Assembly (NCBI GenBank): GCA_031446165.1
Contig: CP132905.1
Location: 548,659-612,658, forward strand
From: Arsenophonus sp.
GTDB taxonomy: Bacteria; Pseudomonadota; Gammaproteobacteria; Enterobacterales; Enterobacteriaceae
DNA: 64,000 nt
Direction of reading: 5' to 3'
The notes beneath the pieces were generated by a model. It worked only from the letters and a program-made list of their open reading frames with translations, did no database searches and had not been told where the DNA came from. The position numbers were made by a program, and so were the translations under genes. Of the stretch, positions 61,252-64,000 are shown piece by piece (position 1 is the first letter of the stretch; the number at the start of each line of letters is the position of its first letter).

Positions 61252-63660
61252 TTACCATGTCCTACCAATATTAAACTGAAATTCTTCATATCTATCACCT
61301 GTATAATATTTTAATGGCTTAGCATAAGAAAAAGTTAATGGTCCAAGCGGTGATATCCATTGTAGTGCAATCCCTGTTGACACTCGAATATTTGATGGTT
61401 TTCCATAATCAGGCATTCCTACTCGCCAACTATCTTCTGTATTACGCCAATGAGAATCCCAAACAGTACCAGCATCAATAAAAAAAGATGTTCTAATTAA
61501 ATTTAAATTTTGCTCATCAATAAATGGTGATGGAATAATTAACTCTAATGAAGCCGTTGCTATTGCATTTCCACCAATAGCATCTGTTGATGGATTCGCA
61601 GATTTTGGAGATATTTGACCAGTTAGGAGGTTTTTTTCGAGATAAACAGCTTTAGGTCCAATATTATTGGATCGAAAACCTCTTACTGTACCTACACCTC
61701 CAGCATAAAAATTTTCATAAAAAGGTAATTCTTTACCATTAATATCATTGCCATAACCAAATTGTGTCTTACCTAATAATATCCATGTAGCATCTTCATT
61801 TAATGGATAATAATGAGATGCATCAAATTTAATTTTATAATACTGATTATCTGATCCTGGAATTGTGATTTTACTGTTCAAGAAGATTTTTTTTCCTGAT
61901 GTCGGAAAAAATCCACGATCTAAATTATTATAAATCCATCCTAAATCAATACTGAAATCGTTGACATCATAATACGATGTACCATGAAAATTTAGTGTTT
62001 CACCAATACTTGCCAAATAACGCCACATACTCACTTGAGGCTTCATATCAGATAATGAGTTATGAACAAAACCAGTACCCATTCGAAAAATATTATGTTC
62101 ATTAAAAGGAAAACTTAAAGTAGCATCAATACCATAAATTTTATTTTTATAATCTGATAAAAAAGCATCTTTTGCACTAAAATTATTATAAAATAATCTT
62201 CCATTTAAACTAATACCATGTACACTCAAATAAGGATCTGTTAATGATAATTCTCCGTAAGTTGAATAATCATTTTTTTTAGCACTCATACTAACTGCAT
62301 TTCCTGTACCTAACCAATTTTCTTCTTGAATACCTATTTGAAAACTTATACCACTTTCAGTTCCGAAACCAATTCCAAAATTCATTGCACCAGTATTGCG
62401 TTCTTTTACTTTATAGACTATATCCACTTGATCAGATATACCTTGGATGCGTTTAGTCTCAACATCAACTTTTTCAAAAAAACCGGTACGTTTTAATCGG
62501 TTTTGACCTAAAAGAACTAAATCGCTACCTAACCAAGCACCTTCCATTTGACGCATTTCACGACGTAGAACAGAATCTTTGGTAATATGATTTCCAATAA
62601 AATTAATTTGGCGCACATAAAAACGATGGCCAGAATCAACATTAATGTTCACCTTAACTGTTTTATTCTTGATATTAGTTTTTAGTTCAGTAATAATATT
62701 TGGATATGCATAACCATAATGCCCAAGAATATTTTTAATATTTGTCTCTATTTTTTTTATTTTAGTAGCATTATAAATTGTATTTTTTTTAATTGTTATC
62801 AATTCATTAATTTCGTTATAATGTTCTGCTTTATCAATATTTAATTCTATATCTGATATAATATATTTATCTCCTTCTGTTATGTTTATAGTGATATAAA
62901 TATTTTCTTTATCAGGTGTTAAACCGATATTAGTTGAATTAATAGTGAAGTTTACATAACCTCTACTAAGATAAAAACTACGTAATGATTCTAAATCGTT
63001 GACAAATTTTTCTTGTTTATATTTTTTATCTGAACTAATTTTCCACCAAAAAACATCATCTTTTAATTGAAAATATTTCATCAATTCATTCGTACTAAAT
63101 GTCTTGTTGCCAATAATATTAATACGCTGAATCTTAGCCGAAACTCCTTCAGAAAAAAATAACTTCAAATGTACTTGATTGTTTGATGACATTAAAATGA
63201 TGGGTTTGATTTTTATATTGTACTTACCTATACTGTAATAAAAATCTGTAAGCATATTTATAATATTAGATAATTTTTTTAAATTCATAACTTCCCCAAT
63301 TCGAATGTTTACAGAGTCAAGATTACTCTTAAGAACATCAGTCTTCACAGCTTTATTACCAAAAAATGTAATATTTTTAATAATTGGTCTTTCTTTTAAG
63401 CGAATAATCAGGGTATCCTTGTTGCGAAAAATTCTAATATCGTCAAAATTACCAGTTGAAAACAAATCTCGAATAGTACGACTAATATGATTATTATTAA
63501 TGGTATCCCCTACTTGAATTGGCATATTTAACAGTGCAGTATCAGCAGTAATACGTTGCAGACCTTGAAAATATATATTTTTTATTACAAACCAATCGGA
63601 ACTGTACGTATGAACACTAAAAAATAACAGTAATGTCATAAGTAACTTTTTCATCGTCAT
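61252..63660 (-). CDS. bamA: Outer membrane protein assembly factor BamA
   Basis: 802 aa. M.MKKLL, FV.K.I.F.GLQR (POTRA1), a C-terminal beta-barrel with VRGF, and a terminal aromatic residue ...GRTW. Confidence 0.97.
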   Translation of the reverse strand: MTMKKLLMTLLLFFSVHTYSSDWFVIKNIYFQGLQRITADTALLNMPIQVGDTINNNHISRTIRDLFSTGNFDDIRIFRNKDTLIIRLKERPIIKNITFFGNKAVKTDVLKSNLDSVNIRIGEVMNLKKLSNIINMLTDFYYSIGKYNIKIKPIILMSSNNQVHLKLFFSEGVSAKIQRINIIGNKTFSTNELMKYFQLKDDVFWWKISSDKKYKQEKFVNDLESLRSFYLSRGYVNFTINSTNIGLTPDKENIYITINITEGDKYIISDIELNIDKAEHYNEINELITIKKNTIYNATKIKKIETNIKNILGHYGYAYPNIITELKTNIKNKTVKVNINVDSGHRFYVRQINFIGNHITKDSVLRREMRQMEGAWLGSDLVLLGQNRLKRTGFFEKVDVETKRIQGISDQVDIVYKVKERNTGAMNFGIGFGTESGISFQIGIQEENWLGTGNAVSMSAKKNDYSTYGELSLTDPYLSVHGISLNGRLFYNNFSAKDAFLSDYKNKIYGIDATLSFPFNEHNIFRMGTGFVHNSLSDMKPQVSMWRYLASIGETLNFHGTSYYDVNDFSIDLGWIYNNLDRGFFPTSGKKIFLNSKITIPGSDNQYYKIKFDASHYYPLNEDATWILLGKTQFGYGNDINGKELPFYENFYAGGVGTVRGFRSNNIGPKAVYLEKNLLTGQISPKSANPSTDAIGGNAIATASLELIIPSPFIDEQNLNLIRTSFFIDAGTVWDSHWRNTEDSWRVGMPDYGKPSNIRVSTGIALQWISPLGPLTFSYAKPLKYYTGDRYEEFQFNIGRTW

Positions 63661-63705
63661 TATTATTGTAAATATTCCTAACTAATTTCGCTTTATTTAT
63701 TATTA

Positions 63706-64000
63706 TTAAAGACGAGAAAAATCATTAAAAAGTGAAATGCCCATTAATAATATCAATAAAGCAGTACCAATACGATAACTTAAATCTTGTACACCTTTAG
63801 ATACTGGCTCCCCTTTTATTTTTTCAATAATTAAGAAAAGTAAGTGTCCACCATCTAATACAGGTAGAGGACATAAATTAATAATACCTAAGTTAATACT
63901 AATTAATGCAATAAACATAATATAATACACTAATCCAGACGCAGCAGAAAAACCCGCCCCTTTTGCAATAGAAATAGGTCCACTTAGATTAGTTAATTTG
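63706..64000 (-). CDS. rseP: Site-2 protease RseP, C-terminal part (5' end lies beyond the window)
   Basis: The C-terminus [53 protein letters not shown] matches E. coli RseP. The reading frame stays open to position 64000. Confidence 0.9.
   Translation of the reverse strand, partial: KLTNLSGPISIAKGAGFSAASGLVYYIMFIALISINLGIINLCPLPVLDGGHLLFLIIEKIKGEPVSKGVQDLSYRIGTALLILLMGISLFNDFSRL

Overview
The window is an extremely AT-rich chromosome segment. By eye, genes are about 25-30% GC and spacers are far lower; I did not compute this. Gene content and local gene order are those of an Enterobacterales-type gammaproteobacterium with a strongly reduced genome, that is, an obligate insect-endosymbiont-like organism. 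I cannot name the species from sequence alone.

I can support about 46 intact housekeeping CDS, one RNase P RNA gene (rnpB), one frameshifted gene (ubiA) and one clearly recognisable eroded pseudogene (yhdP). The genes fall into these blocks:
- rnpB-rsmI, then diaA-dolP
- sspBA-rpsI-rplM and degQ
- murA-ibaG-mlaBCDEF
- kdsD-lptCAB and ptsN-rapZ
- pmbA and tldD
- mreDCB, then aroQ-accBC
- fis, rpoH, rsmD, tusA, epmA, plsB, ubiA, proS
- tilS-accA-dnaE-lpxB-lpxA-fabZ-lpxD-skp-bamA-rseP

Summing my called features gives about 42.5 kb of 64 kb, roughly two thirds. The rest is ORF-free, nearly pure A/T spacer. These spacers sit exactly where E. coli K-12 carries genes: lpoA/yraN, zapE/yhcB, yrbG, kdsC, rpoN/hpf, rng/maf, panF/prmA/dusB, ftsYEX, ubiC and rnhB.

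I see no transposase, integrase, phage gene, CRISPR array, toxin-antitoxin pair, defence system or secretion system. No ORF lacks an obvious housekeeping identity, so I do not find a candidate novel multi-gene system here.

The observations most worth a second look are:
- a single-base frameshift in ubiA inside a 9-nt homopolymer, a candidate for rescue by transcriptional slippage
- a still-alignable yhdP pseudogene lying next to an intact mla operon
- empty rpoN/hpf and ftsYEX slots
- adjacent tldD and pmbA, which are unlinked in E. coli
- a 28-bp perfect palindrome in a relict spacer

Several ORF-track starts are upstream TTG extensions. I corrected them to ATG codons that have Shine-Dalgarno motifs and match E. 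coli N-termini. All E. coli comparisons are from memory and need a database check.
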